Below are positions 16,496 to 28,535 of a stretch of 43,222 nucleotides of DNA, one piece after another. The notes under the pieces were generated by a model. It was not told the origin of the DNA and did no database searches. It saw only the letters and a program-made list of their open reading frames with translations. Source of the stretch: Acidobacteriota bacterium (GTDB taxonomy: Bacteria; Acidobacteriota; UBA4820; DSQY01); the NCBI GenBank assembly GCA_049967655.1, contig JBMFSH010000023.1:1-43222 (forward strand), in the 5' to 3' direction. Position 1 is the stretch's first letter; each line of letters opens with the position of its first letter. Made by a program: the position numbers and the translations under genes.

Positions 16496-18294
16496 CGACC
16501 AACGGTCTGCTCCAGGTCGCACTCTTCATCGGGCTGCTGCTGGCCCTGGTCAAGCCGCTGGGCTGGTATATGGCGCGCGTTTACGAGGGGCAGCCGTGCG
16601 GACTCGACCGGCTCCTCGGGCCCCTGGAGCGCCTGATCTACCGGGCATGTGGCGTGAAGCCCGAGGAAGAGATGGATTGGAAGACCTACGCCAAGGCCAT
16701 GCTCCTGTTCAACCTCTTCGGGCTCCTAGCCGTGTACGCCCTGCAGCGCATGCAGGGGTTCCTGCCCCTCAACCCCCTGCACCTGGGCGCCGTGGGCCCC
16801 GAGTCGGCCTTCAACACGGCCGTGAGCTTCGCCACCAACACCAACTGGCAGGGCTACGCGGGCGAGAACACGATGAGCATCCTGACGCAGATGGCGGGCC
16901 TCACGGTGCAGAACTTCCTCTCCGCGGCCTCGGGCCTGGCCGTCCTCGTGGCCTTGATCCGCGGCATCGTGAGGCGGCGCCAGGAGACTATTGGCAACTT
17001 CTGGACCGACGTGATCAGGAGCATCCTGTACATCCTCCTGCCTCTGTCGCTGGTGCTGGCCGTGGCCCTGGTCTCGCAGGGGGTGGTTCAGACGCTGGCC
17101 GGGAAAAGATCGGTGGCGCTCCTCCAGCCCGTGACTTACGAACAGCCCAAGACGGACGCGGCGAGCAAGGCCCCTCCCCATGCCTCGGGAAAGCCCGAGG
17201 TAGAGAGGGTGACCCTCACGAGGCAGTCCCTGGTGTTGGGCCCCGTGGCGTCCCAGGAGGCCATCAAGGAGCTGGGCACCAACGGCGGCGGCTACTTCAA
17301 CGCCAACTCGGCCCACCCCTTCGAGAACCCCACTCCCCTGTCGAACCTCCTGGAGATGGTCGCTATCCTGGCCATCGGAGCGGGGCTCTGCTTCACCTTC
17401 GGCGCCATGGTGGGCGACAGGCGGCAGGGCTGGGCGCTCCTGGTGGCCATGCTCATTCTGCTGGTTCCGCTGCTCCTCTTCTGCGCGTGGCAGGAGCAGG
17501 GCGGCAATCCGGCGCTGTCCCGCCTGGGCGCCGACGCCAAGACCTCGCCGCTTCAGCCCGGCGGGAACATGGAGGGCAAGGAGGCGCGCTTCGGCATCAC
17601 CGACTCGGCCCTGTTCGCCTCCGTCACGACGGCCGCCTCCTGCGGCGCCGTCAACTCCATGCACGATTCGTACACGCCCCTGGGCGGGCTGGTGCCCCTC
17701 TTCCTCATGCAGCTCGGCGAGGTGGTCTTCGGCGGGGTCGGTTCCGGTCTCTTCGGGATGCTCCTCTTCGTGATCGTGGCGGTCTTCACCGCGGGGCTCA
17801 TGGTGGGGCGCACGCCCGAGTACCTCGGCAAGAAGATCGAACCCTACGAGATGAAGATGGCCACCCTGGCCATTCTGGTCATGCCCCTCGCGGCCCTGCT
17901 GGGCACGGCCGCGGGAGCCGCGTCCAAGGCGGGGCTCGCCGGCCTCGGCAACCCGGGCGCCCACGGCTTCACCGAGATCCTCTACGCCTTCACCTCCTGC
18001 GCCAACAACAACGGCAGCGCCTTCGCGGGCCTCAACGCCAACACCCCTTTCTACAACTTGCTCTTGGGATTCGGCATGCTAGCCGGACGGTACCTGGTGA
18101 AGCTACCCGTCCTGGCCATAGCCGGTTCGTTGGCCCGCAAGAAGATCACGCCCGTGAGCGCGGGCACGCTGCCCACGCACTCGCCCCTCTTCGTCATCTG
18201 GCTCGTGGCGGTGGTGCTCATCCTGGGAGGCCTCACCTTCTTCCCCGCACTCGCCCTGGGCCCCATCGCCGAGCACCTGGCGATCCTTCGATAG
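16492..18294 (+). CDS. kdpA: K+-transporting ATPase subunit A
   Basis: [33 protein letters not shown] filter motifs. Confidence 0.97.
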   Translation: MTTNGLLQVALFIGLLLALVKPLGWYMARVYEGQPCGLDRLLGPLERLIYRACGVKPEEEMDWKTYAKAMLLFNLFGLLAVYALQRMQGFLPLNPLHLGAVGPESAFNTAVSFATNTNWQGYAGENTMSILTQMAGLTVQNFLSAASGLAVLVALIRGIVRRRQETIGNFWTDVIRSILYILLPLSLVLAVALVSQGVVQTLAGKRSVALLQPVTYEQPKTDAASKAPPHASGKPEVERVTLTRQSLVLGPVASQEAIKELGTNGGGYFNANSAHPFENPTPLSNLLEMVAILAIGAGLCFTFGAMVGDRRQGWALLVAMLILLVPLLLFCAWQEQGGNPALSRLGADAKTSPLQPGGNMEGKEARFGITDSALFASVTTAASCGAVNSMHDSYTPLGGLVPLFLMQLGEVVFGGVGSGLFGMLLFVIVAVFTAGLMVGRTPEYLGKKIEPYEMKMATLAILVMPLAALLGTAAGAASKAGLAGLGNPGAHGFTEILYAFTSCANNNGSAFAGLNANTPFYNLLLGFGMLAGRYLVKLPVLAIAGSLARKKITPVSAGTLPTHSPLFVIWLVAVVLILGGLTFFPALALGPIAEHLAILR

Positions 18295-18305
18295 GAGCTC
18301 TCTCC

Positions 18306-20378
18306 GTGCCCTCGCAACCCCAATCGCGGCTCCTCTTCGACCCTGCCATCGTTCGGCAGGCCGCCTGGGAATCCCTCCTGAAGCTCTCCCCGCGCCACAT
18401 GATCCGCAACCCCGTCATGTTCGTGGTGGAGGCGGGCGCGGCCTTCTCCACGCTCCTGCTCGTCGAAGCCCTCCGTGGCCTGGGCGAGGCGCCGACGGGA
18501 TTCGTCTTCGCCGTCAGCCTGGGCCTTTGGTTCACGGTGCTCTTCGCCAACTTCGCCGAGGCCATGGCCGAGGGGCGGGGCAAGGCCCAGGCCGCCTCGC
18601 TCCGCAAAGCCCGTCGGGACATTCCGGCCAAGATGCTCCTGGAGCCCAAACGGGGAGCGAGCCACGTCGTGACCCCCTCGGCCAACCTGAGGAAGGGCCA
18701 CTGGTTCCTCGTGGAGGCGGGGGACGTGATCCCCTGCGACGGCGAGGTGGTGGAGGGCATCGCCTCGGTGAACGAGGCGGTCATCACCGGGGAAAGCGCC
18801 CCCGTCATCCGGGAGAGCGGCGGCGACCGAAGTGCTGTCACCGGCGGGACTACCGTGCTCTCCGACTGGCTCGTGGTGAGGGTTACGGCCGATCCGGGAG
18901 AGACCTTCCTGGACCGGATGATCCATCTCGTGGAGGGAGCGCGCCGCCAGAAGACCCCCAACGAGATTGCCCTGGACATCCTGCTGGCGGGCCTGAGCAT
19001 CGTCTTCCTCCTCGTGACCGTCACCCTGCTGCCCTTTTCGGCGTACGCCGTCCGCGCCAACGGCTCCGGCTCCGTGATCACGCTCACCGTCCTGCTGGCC
19101 CTCCTCGTCTGCCTGCTCCCCACGACCATCGGGGGACTGCTCTCGGCCATCGGCATCGCGGGCATGGACCGGATGCTCCAAGCCAACGTGGTGGCCATGT
19201 CCGGGCGCTCCGTGGAGGCGGCCGGAGACGTGGACGTCCTCTTGCTGGACAAGACCGGCACGATCACCCTGGGCAACCGAGAGGCCGTGGCCTTCCGCCC
19301 GGCGCCGGGCGTCCTGCCGGAGGAGCTGGCCGAGGCCGCCCAGCTCGCCTCCCTGGCTGACGAGACCCCGGAGGGCCGGAGCATCGTGGTCCTCGCCAAG
19401 GAGGAGTTCGGCCTGAGGGGGAGGGACGTGGGCTCTCTCGGCGGGCGCTTCGTCCCCTTCACGGCCCAGACCCGGATGAGCGGCGTGGACGTGGACGGGA
19501 TGAGGATCCGGAAGGGGGCCTCGGACGCCATCGCCTCCTTCGTCCGCCAGCTCGGCGGGACGATCCCCAGGGAGGTCCAGCGCTCCGTGGAGGCCATCGC
19601 TCAGGGGGGAGGCACGCCCCTGGTGGTCGCCGACGGCCCCAAGGTGCTGGGTGTGGTCCAGCTCAAGGACATCGTCAAGGGCGGCATTCGCGAACGCTTC
19701 GGGCAGCTCAGGCGCATGGGTATCCGAACGATCATGGTCACGGGCGACAACCCGCTGACGGCGGCGGCCATCGCCGCGGAGGCCGGCGTGGACGAGTTCC
19801 TCGCCGAGGCCACCCCCGAGACCAAGCTCGCCCTCATCCGGCGCCTCCAGGGGGAGGGGCGGCTGGTAGCCATGACGGGCGACGGTACCAACGATGCGCC
19901 CGCCCTCGCTCAGGCCGACGTGGCCGTGGCCATGAATTCGGGTACCCAGGCGGCCAAAGAGGCAGGCAACATGGTGGACCTGGATTCAAATCCAACCAAG
20001 CTCCTGGAGGTCGTGAACATCGGCAAGCAGCTTCTCATGACGCGGGGAGCGCTGACCACCTTCTCCATCGCCAACGACGTTTCCAAGTACTTCGCCATCA
20101 TCCCGGCCGCCTTTGCCTCCACCTACCCGGGCCTGCGAGCCCTCAACATCATGCACCTGGCCACGCCCCAGAGCGCCATCTTGTCGGCGGTGATCTTCAA
20201 TGCCCTCATCATCGTGGCCCTCATCCCGCTGGCCCTCAGGGGAGTGAAGTACCGGCCCGTCACCGTTCCCGCCCTTCTGAGGCGCAACCTGCTCCTGTAC
20301 GGCCTGGGCGGACTGCTCCTTCCCTTTCCTGGAATCAAGTTGATCGACATGGCCCTCTCGGCCCTGCACCTGGCGTGA
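18306..20378 (+). CDS. kdpB: K+-transporting P-type ATPase subunit B
   Basis: [26 protein letters not shown] start at 18306 after AGGAG. Confidence 0.97.
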   Translation: MPSQPQSRLLFDPAIVRQAAWESLLKLSPRHMIRNPVMFVVEAGAAFSTLLLVEALRGLGEAPTGFVFAVSLGLWFTVLFANFAEAMAEGRGKAQAASLRKARRDIPAKMLLEPKRGASHVVTPSANLRKGHWFLVEAGDVIPCDGEVVEGIASVNEAVITGESAPVIRESGGDRSAVTGGTTVLSDWLVVRVTADPGETFLDRMIHLVEGARRQKTPNEIALDILLAGLSIVFLLVTVTLLPFSAYAVRANGSGSVITLTVLLALLVCLLPTTIGGLLSAIGIAGMDRMLQANVVAMSGRSVEAAGDVDVLLLDKTGTITLGNREAVAFRPAPGVLPEELAEAAQLASLADETPEGRSIVVLAKEEFGLRGRDVGSLGGRFVPFTAQTRMSGVDVDGMRIRKGASDAIASFVRQLGGTIPREVQRSVEAIAQGGGTPLVVADGPKVLGVVQLKDIVKGGIRERFGQLRRMGIRTIMVTGDNPLTAAAIAAEAGVDEFLAEATPETKLALIRRLQGEGRLVAMTGDGTNDAPALAQADVAVAMNSGTQAAKEAGNMVDLDSNPTKLLEVVNIGKQLLMTRGALTTFSIANDVSKYFAIIPAAFASTYPGLRALNIMHLATPQSAILSAVIFNALIIVALIPLALRGVKYRPVTVPALLRRNLLLYGLGGLLLPFPGIKLIDMALSALHLA

Positions 20379-20385
20379 GGCTCCG

Positions 20386-21036
20386 ATGAAAAGGCAGGCG
20401 CTCTCCGCTTTTCTCTGCGTTCTGGTGCTGACGGTCCTGCTGGGAGTAGCCTATCCCCTCATCGTCACGGGCTTAGCCGATCTCCTTTTCCCCCGGCAGG
20501 CCTCCGGAAGCCTCATCCTGCGAAACGGCCGAGCCGTGGGCTCAACCCTCATTGGACAGCCCTTCAGCGAAGCGCGCTACTTCTGGGGTCGTCCCTCGGC
20601 CACCTCGCCCTTTCCCTACAACGCGGCTCTCTCCGGCGGCTCCAACCTGGGGCCCACCAATCCCGAGTTGGCCGCGCGGGTCGAGGCACGGATCAGGGCG
20701 CTCCGCGAGGCCGACCCCGCTCAATCCGCCCCCGTCCCCGTGGACCTCGTGACCGCCTCAGCCAGTGGCCTCGATCCCGACATCAGCCCAGCCGCCGCCC
20801 TCTACCAGGTGCCCCGCGTGGCCCGCGCCCGAAACCTGTCCGAGGCCCAGGTTCGAGCCTTGGTGGAAAAGCACGTGACGGGCCGTGCCCTGGGCCTGTT
20901 CGGGGAGCCGACGGTGAACGTCCTGGAGCTGAACCTCGCCCTGGACACCCTCTCGGAGAGGGGCTCCCAAAGCTCGGGGGCGCGTATAATGGCCCCAAGC
21001 ACAGGAGAGAGCCGTGGAAAGGCGCCCATCCCCTGA
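20386..21036 (+). CDS. kdpC: K+-transporting ATPase subunit C
   Basis: [38 protein letters not shown]. Short atypical C-terminal tail overlaps kdpD. Confidence 0.95.
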   Translation: MKRQALSAFLCVLVLTVLLGVAYPLIVTGLADLLFPRQASGSLILRNGRAVGSTLIGQPFSEARYFWGRPSATSPFPYNAALSGGSNLGPTNPELAARVEARIRALREADPAQSAPVPVDLVTASASGLDPDISPAAALYQVPRVARARNLSEAQVRALVEKHVTGRALGLFGEPTVNVLELNLALDTLSERGSQSSGARIMAPSTGESRGKAPIP

Positions 21037-23731
21037 CGAGGCCCTGGCTCGAGCCCAGGAAGAGGAGGCACGGAAAGGCCGAGGCAGCCTGAGGATCTTC
21101 TTTGGAGCCGCCCCCGGGGTGGGGAAGACCTTCGCCATGCTCGAAATGGCCCGGCAGAAGAGGGCCGAAGGGCTGGACGTGGTGGCGGGCTGGGTACAAA
21201 CCCACGGACGGGCCGAGACGGAGGCGCTGCTGGAGGGCCTGGAGCTGCTTCCCCCGCGCCTCCTCAGCTACCACGGCAGGAGGCTGGAGGAGTTCGATCT
21301 GGACGCCGCGCTGGAGCGGCGGCCGGGCCTTATCCTCGTGGACGAGCTGGCCCACACGAACGCGCCGGGAGCGCGCCATCTCAAGCGGTGGCGGGACGTG
21401 GAGGAGCTCCTTCAGGCCGGTATCAGCGTGTTTACCACCCTCAACGTCCAGCACCTCGAAAGCCTTAACGACGTGGTCGCCCAGGTCACCGGCGTCACCG
21501 TGCGGGAGCGCGTCCCCGACTCCTTCTTCATGGCGGCCGACGAGGTGGACCTAGTAGACCTCTCCCCCGACGACCTTCTGCAGAGGCTCCGCGAGGGCAA
21601 GGTCTACATCCCTGAGGACGCGGCCCGAGCCGCGCAGAACTTCTTCCGCCCGGGAAACCTCATCGCCCTCCGGGAGCTGGCCCTCCGCAAGACGGCCGAG
21701 CGGGTGGACGCCCAGATGGTCCTCTACCGGCGCACGCACGCCGTCCAGGAGACGTGGCCGACGGCCGAGCGGGTGCTGGTCTGCCTGGGCCCCAGCCCGT
21801 ACGGCCAGCGACTCGTGCGCTCGGCCCATCAGCTCGCCCGCCAGTTGAACGCCCAGTGGCTGGCCGTTTACGTGCAGACTCCAGCGCACGCGCGCCTGAA
21901 CGAGGAGGACCTGGAGCAGCTCCACCGGACCATGCGGCTGGCCGAGCAGCTCGGGGCCGAGGTGGTGACCCTGACGGGCCGGAACCAGGCGGAGGAGATC
22001 CTGGCCTACGGCCGCTCCCGCAACGTGACCAAGATCGTCCTGGGCAAGCCCCCGCGCCTTCAAGGGTGGCGCCGGTGGAGCAGGAGTTCCTTCTTCGACG
22101 AGCTCGCGAGGGGGAGCGACCGGATCGACGTTTACCTGATCGGGGGAACCGGGGAGGCCCGCGCCCAGCACCTGCTGGCTGCCATCAGGCGGCCGGGGCC
22201 CCGGCCCGCAAGGCTCCTCACACCCTACCTGTGGGCCGCCGCCACGGCCATCGCCTGCACCCTGGTCTCGGCTCTGCTCGGCCGGTACGTGACCCCCGTC
22301 AACCTCGCCATGGTTTACCTCGTCGGCGTGGTTTTTGCAGCCACGCGCTTCGGCGCCGGGCCCGCCGCGCTCGCCTCTCTCCTGAGCGTGCTCGCCTTCG
22401 ACTTCTTCTTCATCCCCCCCTACCTGACCTTCGCCGTAGGTGACGCGCAGTACTTCATCACCTTCGTGGTCTTCCTCGGGGTGGCTCTTCTGACGAGCGA
22501 CCTAGCGAGCCGGGTGCGCCAGCAGGTAGAGATGGCCCGGCAGAGCGAGAGGCAGACCCTCTCCCTCTTCGAATTGGCCCAGGACCTGGTTAAGGCCGTG
22601 GAGCCCGAGGAGGTGGCCCAGACCGCGGGCCGCCACCTCCACGAACACTACGGGATGCAGGCGGCGGTCCACCTGGCGGAGGAGGGGGGGGAGTTGCGGA
22701 TCGTGGCCAGCTTCGACGCCTCCTTTGCCCACACGGCCGCGGAGATGGCCGTGGCCCGCTGGGTGGCCCAGAACGGCCAGGCCGCCGGGCTGGGCACGGA
22801 GAGCCTGCCGGGGAGCGCCGGCTTCTACCTTCCCCTCCAGGCGTCCGGTGGCATCCTGGGCGTGCTGGCCCTGAGGCCCGCCGATCCCGAGGCCTTCAAG
22901 CTGCCAAGATTCCGGCGCTGGGTGGAGGCGGTGGCCCACCAGTCCGCCGTGGCCCTGGAGCGGGCGGTGCTCGCGAGGCACGCCCGCCAGGCGCAGCTGG
23001 AGGCCGAGTCGGAGCGGCTCCGGAGCTCGCTGCTGAGTACCGTCTCGCACGACTTCCGGACCCCCCTCGCGAGCATACTGGGGGCCGCCACCACGCTCCT
23101 GGGCACCGACCTGCCGGGTGGGGACAGGCGCGAGCTCGTGGAGACCATTCACGAGGAGGCCGTGCACCTTCACCGGCTCATCACCAACCTGCTGGCGGTG
23201 ACGAGGCTGGAGTCGGGCAAGGTGATCCTCCATAGGGAGTGGCAACCGCTGGAGGAGGTGGTGGGGGCGGCCCTGGGACGGCTGCGCGATGAGCTGGAAG
23301 GGCGGCCCCTCGTGCTGGACATCCCGGAGGACCTGCCGGCGGTGGCCATCGACGCCCCCCTCGTCGAACAGCTCTTCATCAACATCCTGGAAAACGCGGC
23401 CAAGTACACTCCCCTCGGGCATCCCTTGGAAATCCACGCGCGAGGGGCCGGCGAGTTCGTGGAGGTGCAGATCGCCGACCGGGGGCCGGGACTGCCCGAG
23501 GAGGCAGTGGAGAAGATCTTCGACAAGTTCTACCGGGCCTCGGAGAGCCGGCCGGGAGCGGGGCTGGGGCTGGCCATCTGCCAGGCCATTGTCAGGGCGC
23601 ACGGCGGGACCATCCGCGCCGCGAACAGACTGGGAGGCGGCGCCCTGTTCACCTTTACTCTGCCCGTGGCTCCCCCCATTCCCGAGGAGGATCGGGCCGG
23701 GAGGGCCGCGAAGGCGGAGGAGGAGGCATGA
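21014..23731 (+). CDS. kdpD: Sensor histidine kinase KdpD
   Basis: [19 protein letters not shown] domain, 4 [13 protein letters not shown], HATPase G-boxes. Confidence 0.97.
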   Translation: MERRPSPDEALARAQEEEARKGRGSLRIFFGAAPGVGKTFAMLEMARQKRAEGLDVVAGWVQTHGRAETEALLEGLELLPPRLLSYHGRRLEEFDLDAALERRPGLILVDELAHTNAPGARHLKRWRDVEELLQAGISVFTTLNVQHLESLNDVVAQVTGVTVRERVPDSFFMAADEVDLVDLSPDDLLQRLREGKVYIPEDAARAAQNFFRPGNLIALRELALRKTAERVDAQMVLYRRTHAVQETWPTAERVLVCLGPSPYGQRLVRSAHQLARQLNAQWLAVYVQTPAHARLNEEDLEQLHRTMRLAEQLGAEVVTLTGRNQAEEILAYGRSRNVTKIVLGKPPRLQGWRRWSRSSFFDELARGSDRIDVYLIGGTGEARAQHLLAAIRRPGPRPARLLTPYLWAAATAIACTLVSALLGRYVTPVNLAMVYLVGVVFAATRFGAGPAALASLLSVLAFDFFFIPPYLTFAVGDAQYFITFVVFLGVALLTSDLASRVRQQVEMARQSERQTLSLFELAQDLVKAVEPEEVAQTAGRHLHEHYGMQAAVHLAEEGGELRIVASFDASFAHTAAEMAVARWVAQNGQAAGLGTESLPGSAGFYLPLQASGGILGVLALRPADPEAFKLPRFRRWVEAVAHQSAVALERAVLARHARQAQLEAESERLRSSLLSTVSHDFRTPLASILGAATTLLGTDLPGGDRRELVETIHEEAVHLHRLITNLLAVTRLESGKVILHREWQPLEEVVGAALGRLRDELEGRPLVLDIPEDLPAVAIDAPLVEQLFINILENAAKYTPLGHPLEIHARGAGEFVEVQIADRGPGLPEEAVEKIFDKFYRASESRPGAGLGLAICQAIVRAHGGTIRAANRLGGGALFTFTLPVAPPIPEEDRAGRAAKAEEEA

Positions 23732-24426
23732 GCGGAGCCCCGCCCACGATCCTCGTAGTCGAGGACGATCTGGGCATGCGGCGCTTCCTGCGCGTCACGC
23801 TGGTGCGGGCCGGTTACCGCGTGGTGGAGGCCGACCGCGGCGGCTCCGCACTGGACGCGGCCGCCACCGAGATGCCGGACGTGGTGGTCCTGGACCTCGG
23901 CTTACCGGATCAGGATGGCATGGAGGTCCTCAAGGAGCTCCGCACCTGGAGCGGGGTTCCGGTGATCATCCTGTCGGCCCGCGACCGGGAGGGGGACAAG
24001 GTGAACGCGCTGGATGCCGGCGCCGACGACTACCTGTCCAAACCCTTCTCGGCCCAGGAGCTGCTGGCCCGCATGAGGGTGGCCCTGCGCCACGCCTCCC
24101 GGGTGGAGGGGCCGGACCAGCCCGTCTTCCGGACCGGCGGCCTGGAGGTCGACCTCTACCGCCGCCAGGTTTGGGTGGACGGCCGAGAGGTCCACCTGAC
24201 GCCCAAGGAGTACGGCCTGCTCGCGGAGCTCGCCCAGCACGCGGGCAAGGTGCTCACCCACCGGCAGCTTCTCAATGCCGTGTGGGGCCCCGAGTACGGC
24301 TACGAGGCCCACTACCTGCGGGTCTTCATGGCGCAGCTTCGTCGAAAGATAGAGGCGGACCCGGCCAACCCCCGATACCTTCGGACCGAATCCGGGGTGG
24401 GCTACCGCCTGGCGGCCGAGCCCTGA
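23728..24426 (+). CDS. kdpE: Response regulator KdpE
   Basis: REC (LDLGLPD) plus winged-helix (HLTPKEY, GKVLTHRQLL, TESGVGY). ATGA overlap with kdpD. Confidence 0.96.
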   Translation: MSGAPPTILVVEDDLGMRRFLRVTLVRAGYRVVEADRGGSALDAAATEMPDVVVLDLGLPDQDGMEVLKELRTWSGVPVIILSARDREGDKVNALDAGADDYLSKPFSAQELLARMRVALRHASRVEGPDQPVFRTGGLEVDLYRRQVWVDGREVHLTPKEYGLLAELAQHAGKVLTHRQLLNAVWGPEYGYEAHYLRVFMAQLRRKIEADPANPRYLRTESGVGYRLAAEP

Positions 24427-24619
24427 GAGACTCGGTACCGAGGGGTGGGGGCCTCTCCGCGAGGGAGCGGATTGCCGGCGCCGAGCGAGCCGTGCGATAC
24501 CCGATCACTGTCGAAGGCGGGGCCCAAGCCGGCCGCCTCGTCCCGTGCGCCCCGGCGGGCTCTCGCAGGGGAGGAGTTTCGGTTATACTGAAAAACAGAG
24601 TGGAAGGGGAGGAGCAACC

Positions 24620-25723
24620 GTGAACAAAGGCGTGTTCATGGCGCTGGTTTACTTCGCGGCTCTGGCCGGCGTCGTGGCCCTCATGTTGTTCCTGTTGTCG
24701 CCCTTGCTCTCCTCCATCGCCTGGGCCGGCGTGCTCGCCCTGGGGGCCTATCCGGTCCGGACCTGGTGCTGCCGGCGATGCAGGGGTCGGCGGAACCTCG
24801 GGGCCTTTCTGGCCACCGCCGTCGTGACCTTCATCATCGTGGTGCCCCTCCTGGTCCTCCTCGTCCTCTTCGCCAGCCAGGCCACACAGGTGGTGGGCGC
24901 ACTCCAGCAGGCCGAGGCGTCGGGCCACATCCCCGGTCGCGAGGAGATCCTGGCCAACCCCCACGTGGCCGAGCTGATGACCAAGCTGGAGCCCTACCTG
25001 AAGGGCGTGGACCTGAAGCCCGTCCTCTTCAACGCCATGAAGGCCGTCACGGCCCTGCTGGTGGGGGCCTCCAAGAAGTTCGTGCTAGGGGCCATGGCCG
25101 CCATCTTCAAGTTCTTCATCATGATCGCCGTGCTCTTTTTCGCCTTCCGGGACGGGCAGAAGGTCACCACCGCCTTCTGGGAGATGGTTCCCCTGAAGCA
25201 GGAGGACAAGGCGGTCATCGTGGGAGCCGTGAAGCGCGTGGTGTCGGCGGTGCTCTACGGGATCGTCCTGACCTGCATCGTGCAGGGGGTCCTGGGCGGC
25301 ATCGGTTTCGCCATCGTGGGGCTTCCCTCGCCGGTTTTCTTCGGCGCGGTCATGGTGATCACGGCCTTCATCCCTGTGGTGGGAACGGCCCTGGTGTGGG
25401 TCCCCGGGGTGCTCTACCTGCTGGCCATGGGGGAGATGGGGAAGGCGGCCATCCTTGCCCTCTGGGGCTTGGCGGTGATCTCCTCCATCGACAACTTCAT
25501 CCGCCCCTACTTCATCAGCGGGAAGAGCAAGGTGCCCCTGTTGGTGGTGCTGCTGGGCGTACTCGGAGGGCTGGCCACCATGGGCTTTCTGGGCATCATT
25601 GTGGGCCCGCTGCTCTTCACGGTTTCGCTCGAGGTCTTCCAGGTCTACCGGAGGGAGATCTTCCCGGGCCTCATGCCCTCCTCGGACGCCGGCGCGCAGG
25701 GAGCGGGTGAGCCGCCGGGCTGA
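24620..25723 (+). CDS. AI-2E family transporter
   Basis: FIPVVGTALVW, IDNFIRP, GIIVGP motifs. SD GGAGG. -10-like TATACT at 24584-24589. Confidence 0.9.
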   Translation: MNKGVFMALVYFAALAGVVALMLFLLSPLLSSIAWAGVLALGAYPVRTWCCRRCRGRRNLGAFLATAVVTFIIVVPLLVLLVLFASQATQVVGALQQAEASGHIPGREEILANPHVAELMTKLEPYLKGVDLKPVLFNAMKAVTALLVGASKKFVLGAMAAIFKFFIMIAVLFFAFRDGQKVTTAFWEMVPLKQEDKAVIVGAVKRVVSAVLYGIVLTCIVQGVLGGIGFAIVGLPSPVFFGAVMVITAFIPVVGTALVWVPGVLYLLAMGEMGKAAILALWGLAVISSIDNFIRPYFISGKSKVPLLVVLLGVLGGLATMGFLGIIVGPLLFTVSLEVFQVYRREIFPGLMPSSDAGAQGAGEPPG

Positions 25724-25748
25724 AGAGACCGGCTCTGGGGGAGGGGAC

Positions 25749-26357
25749 ATGGCCCTGACCGAACCGAGCGCGCTGGCCCCGGCGGACGGGGCGGGAGCCG
25801 AGGGCGAAGCGCGGTCCGAAGCCTTCCGGCGCCAGGAGTCCGGCCTCATCTTGCTCCACTTTCCCGTGGGCCTGCTCCTGGTGGTCCCGGTGTTCATCAT
25901 CCTGAGCCTGGTCTCGAAGAGGTCGGGGCGGGCCTACGCCATGGCCGCCCTGGTCCTCATGCTCCTGGGCACGGCGGCGGTGTTCGTGGCCGTCTCCACC
26001 GGCGAGGCGGCGGGGCAGCTCGCCGAAAGGACGCCGGAGATCAACCGGGTGCTCACCCACCACGAGGAGCTGGCGGAGACCACGCGCATCGTTTTCTCGG
26101 TGCTGGCGGCGGCCTTCGCGCTGATCCTCTTCGGCCCCAAGCTTCTCAAGCGCGAACTCGGCCGGGTGCCCTCGGCCGTCCTGACCCTGATCTTTCTCGT
26201 TCTCTACATGGCGGGAGCGCTGGTGCTGACCAACACGGCCCACAACGGCGGCGTGCTCGTCCACGGCTACGGCGTCCGCGCTCTGATGGACACCCCGCCC
26301 GTATCGGGGCAGGCGGCCCTGAAAGAGACCTCGCCTCGCACCTCCGAACCCGACTGA
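25749..26357 (+). CDS. DUF2231-like 4-TM membrane protein with conserved histidines
   Basis: HFPVGLL, STGEAAG, THHEELA, TAHNGGVLVHGYGV. Confidence 0.75.
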   Translation: MALTEPSALAPADGAGAEGEARSEAFRRQESGLILLHFPVGLLLVVPVFIILSLVSKRSGRAYAMAALVLMLLGTAAVFVAVSTGEAAGQLAERTPEINRVLTHHEELAETTRIVFSVLAAAFALILFGPKLLKRELGRVPSAVLTLIFLVLYMAGALVLTNTAHNGGVLVHGYGVRALMDTPPVSGQAALKETSPRTSEPD

Positions 26358-26388
26358 CACGCGCCGCCATTCACGCGCCGGAAAAAGC

Positions 26389-26416
26389 AGGGGGCGGGAC
26401 TGAAGCCCCGCCCCTC
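26389..26416. repeat. REP-like palindrome or terminator
   Basis: AGGGGGCGGG-ACTGAAG-CCCCGCCCCT hairpin in the intergenic region before murA. Confidence 0.55.
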
Positions 26417-26503
26417 CGTGGGTTTTAAGGAGGCAGGTGGTTTCCCCCGTGGACGGCGTCTCATGCTCTTCCCGGCGTATACTGGCCTCTTTGAGGAGGC
26501 ACC

Positions 26504-27772
26504 ATGGACCGGTTCATCATTGAAGGCGGGATACCCCTCAGGGGCCGCGCGGCGATTCGCCCGGCGAAGAACGCGCTTCTGCCGTGCCTGGCGGCGGCCC
26601 TGCTCACGAAAGAAACCGTAGAATTGCTCGATTCGGCGGCCCTCGGGGACATCGTCTCCATGCTCACCATGCTGGAACACCTGGGTGCCGAGGTGGAGGG
26701 GCGGCCGGGCGGCCCGCTCCGCGTGCGGGTGGCGAACGGCGGCGGGGACCTCGAAGCGCCCTACGACCTCGTACGCAAGATGCGGGCGAGCGTGCTGGTG
26801 TTGGGGCCCATGGTGGCGCGCTACGGCCGGGCGCGGGTCTCGCTGCCGGGAGGTTGCGCCATCGGCGCCCGCCCCATCGACCAGCACCTGAAGGGGCTTG
26901 CCGCACTGGGGGCGGAGGTCCGCGTGGATCACGGCTACGTGGAGGTCCGGGCCTCGAAGCTGAGGGGCGGCGACGTGCTCTTTGACCGGGCCACCGTGAC
27001 GGGGACGGAGAACCTCCTCATGGCGGCCACCCTTGCCGGCGGCACGACGACCCTGCGGAACGCCGCCAGGGAGCCGGAGATCATCGATCTCGCCGAGCTC
27101 CTCGCGGCCATGGGGGCGCGCATCGAGGGGGCGGGCACGGACACGATCCAGGTGAAAGGGGTGGAGGGCCTGCACGGCGCCCGCCACGCCTGTATCCCGG
27201 ACCGGATCGAAGCCGGCACCCTGCTCATGGCGGGCTGCATCACGGGGGGCGACGTGACCTGCGCGCCCGCCGTACCGGCCCACCTGGAGGCGCTCCTCGC
27301 CAAGCTGAGGGAGATGGGTGCCGAGGTGGCAACCGGCGACGGCTGGATCAGGGCCGCCAGTCCGAACGGCCTCGCCTCCGCCGACGTGGTCACGGCCGCC
27401 TTTCCCGGCTTCCCCACCGACCTCCAGGCCCAGTTCATGGCTCTGGCCACCCGGACGCGGGGGGCCTCCACCGTGAAGGAGACGATCTTCGAGAACCGCT
27501 TCATGCACGTGCCAGAACTTATGCGCATGGGCGCGGAGGTGAGCGTCGAGGGCAACGTGGCCATCGTGAAGGGCCCCACGCGGCTCACGGGCGCACCCGT
27601 CATGGCGAGCGACCTGCGGGCCTCGGCGGGGCTCGTGCTGGCAGGCCTTTGCGCGGACGGGTGCACGGAGGTCCGCCGAATCTACCATCTCGACCGCGGC
27701 TACGAGCAACTGGAAGAACGGCTCTCCGCCCTTGGCGCGGCCGTACGCCGCGTCGGCGAGGAGGAGAAGTGA
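26504..27772 (+). CDS. murA: UDP-N-acetylglucosamine 1-carboxyvinyltransferase
   Basis: [19 protein letters not shown] (catalytic Cys retained), [25 protein letters not shown]. Confidence 0.97.
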   Translation: MDRFIIEGGIPLRGRAAIRPAKNALLPCLAAALLTKETVELLDSAALGDIVSMLTMLEHLGAEVEGRPGGPLRVRVANGGGDLEAPYDLVRKMRASVLVLGPMVARYGRARVSLPGGCAIGARPIDQHLKGLAALGAEVRVDHGYVEVRASKLRGGDVLFDRATVTGTENLLMAATLAGGTTTLRNAAREPEIIDLAELLAAMGARIEGAGTDTIQVKGVEGLHGARHACIPDRIEAGTLLMAGCITGGDVTCAPAVPAHLEALLAKLREMGAEVATGDGWIRAASPNGLASADVVTAAFPGFPTDLQAQFMALATRTRGASTVKETIFENRFMHVPELMRMGAEVSVEGNVAIVKGPTRLTGAPVMASDLRASAGLVLAGLCADGCTEVRRIYHLDRGYEQLEERLSALGAAVRRVGEEEK

Positions 27773-27902
27773 GACCGGGATTCGGAACGAAGAATCACCA
27801 CCACGACGCCAAGACGCAGCGGGATGCGGTAGTGGGAATCGAAAAGATGGCGAACCATCGGGTCTCCAACCTTTCGCTTTTCACTTTCCCCTTGAGGTGC
27901 CC

Positions 27903-28535
27903 ATGACCGACCTCCTCTTCGCCACGACCAACCCCGGCAAACAGCGCGAGATCCGAGGGCTCCTCTCGGGTCTGCCGCTGAGGCTCCTCTTCCTGAACGA
28001 CCTTCCCGCGGTTCCCGAGGTGGAGGAGACGGGGACCACCTTCGAGGAGAACGCCCATCTCAAGGCGAGGGGCTATGCGCCCCTGCTTCCCGGCGGCTAC
28101 GTGGCCGCGGAGGACTCGGGCATCGTGGTCCCCGCCCTGGGCGGAGAACCTGGCGTCTATTCCGCGCGCTTCGGCGGGCGCCCCGACGACCTCGCGCGCA
28201 ACGAACTCCTGCTGGAGCGCATGGCCGGCCTCGACGGGGAGGCCCGGGCGGCCTACTACGAGGCCATCGTGGTCCTGCTGGAGCCCAATGGTACGGAGCG
28301 CCTCTTTCGCGGGCGGGTCTACGGCTTCATCGCCAAGGCCCCCGAGGGAAGGCGCGGCTTCGGCTACGACCCCCTCTTTTTTCACCCGGAGCTCGGCAAG
28401 ACCTTCGGCTGCGCCTCCCAGGAGGAGAAGGACCGCCTGAGTCACCGGGGCAAGGCGATGCGGGCCCTGCGATCCTATCTGGACTCGGTTCTGAAAGAGC
28501 GCGCGCCAGACGCGGCGAGGGAAGAGAATGGATAG
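27903..28535 (+). CDS. rdgB: Non-canonical purine NTP pyrophosphatase (RdgB/HAM1)
   Basis: FATTNPGK, EDSG, PGVYSAR, FGYDP, SHRGKA. ATG at 27903 after GAGG. Confidence 0.95.
   Translation: MTDLLFATTNPGKQREIRGLLSGLPLRLLFLNDLPAVPEVEETGTTFEENAHLKARGYAPLLPGGYVAAEDSGIVVPALGGEPGVYSARFGGRPDDLARNELLLERMAGLDGEARAAYYEAIVVLLEPNGTERLFRGRVYGFIAKAPEGRRGFGYDPLFFHPELGKTFGCASQEEKDRLSHRGKAMRALRSYLDSVLKERAPDAAREENG

Noticed and set aside
16464..18305. Apparent 1304-aa KdpB with a long N-terminal extension
   Set aside because: The extension is an alternate frame of kdpA. KdpB homology starts at GTG 18306, which has its own SD.
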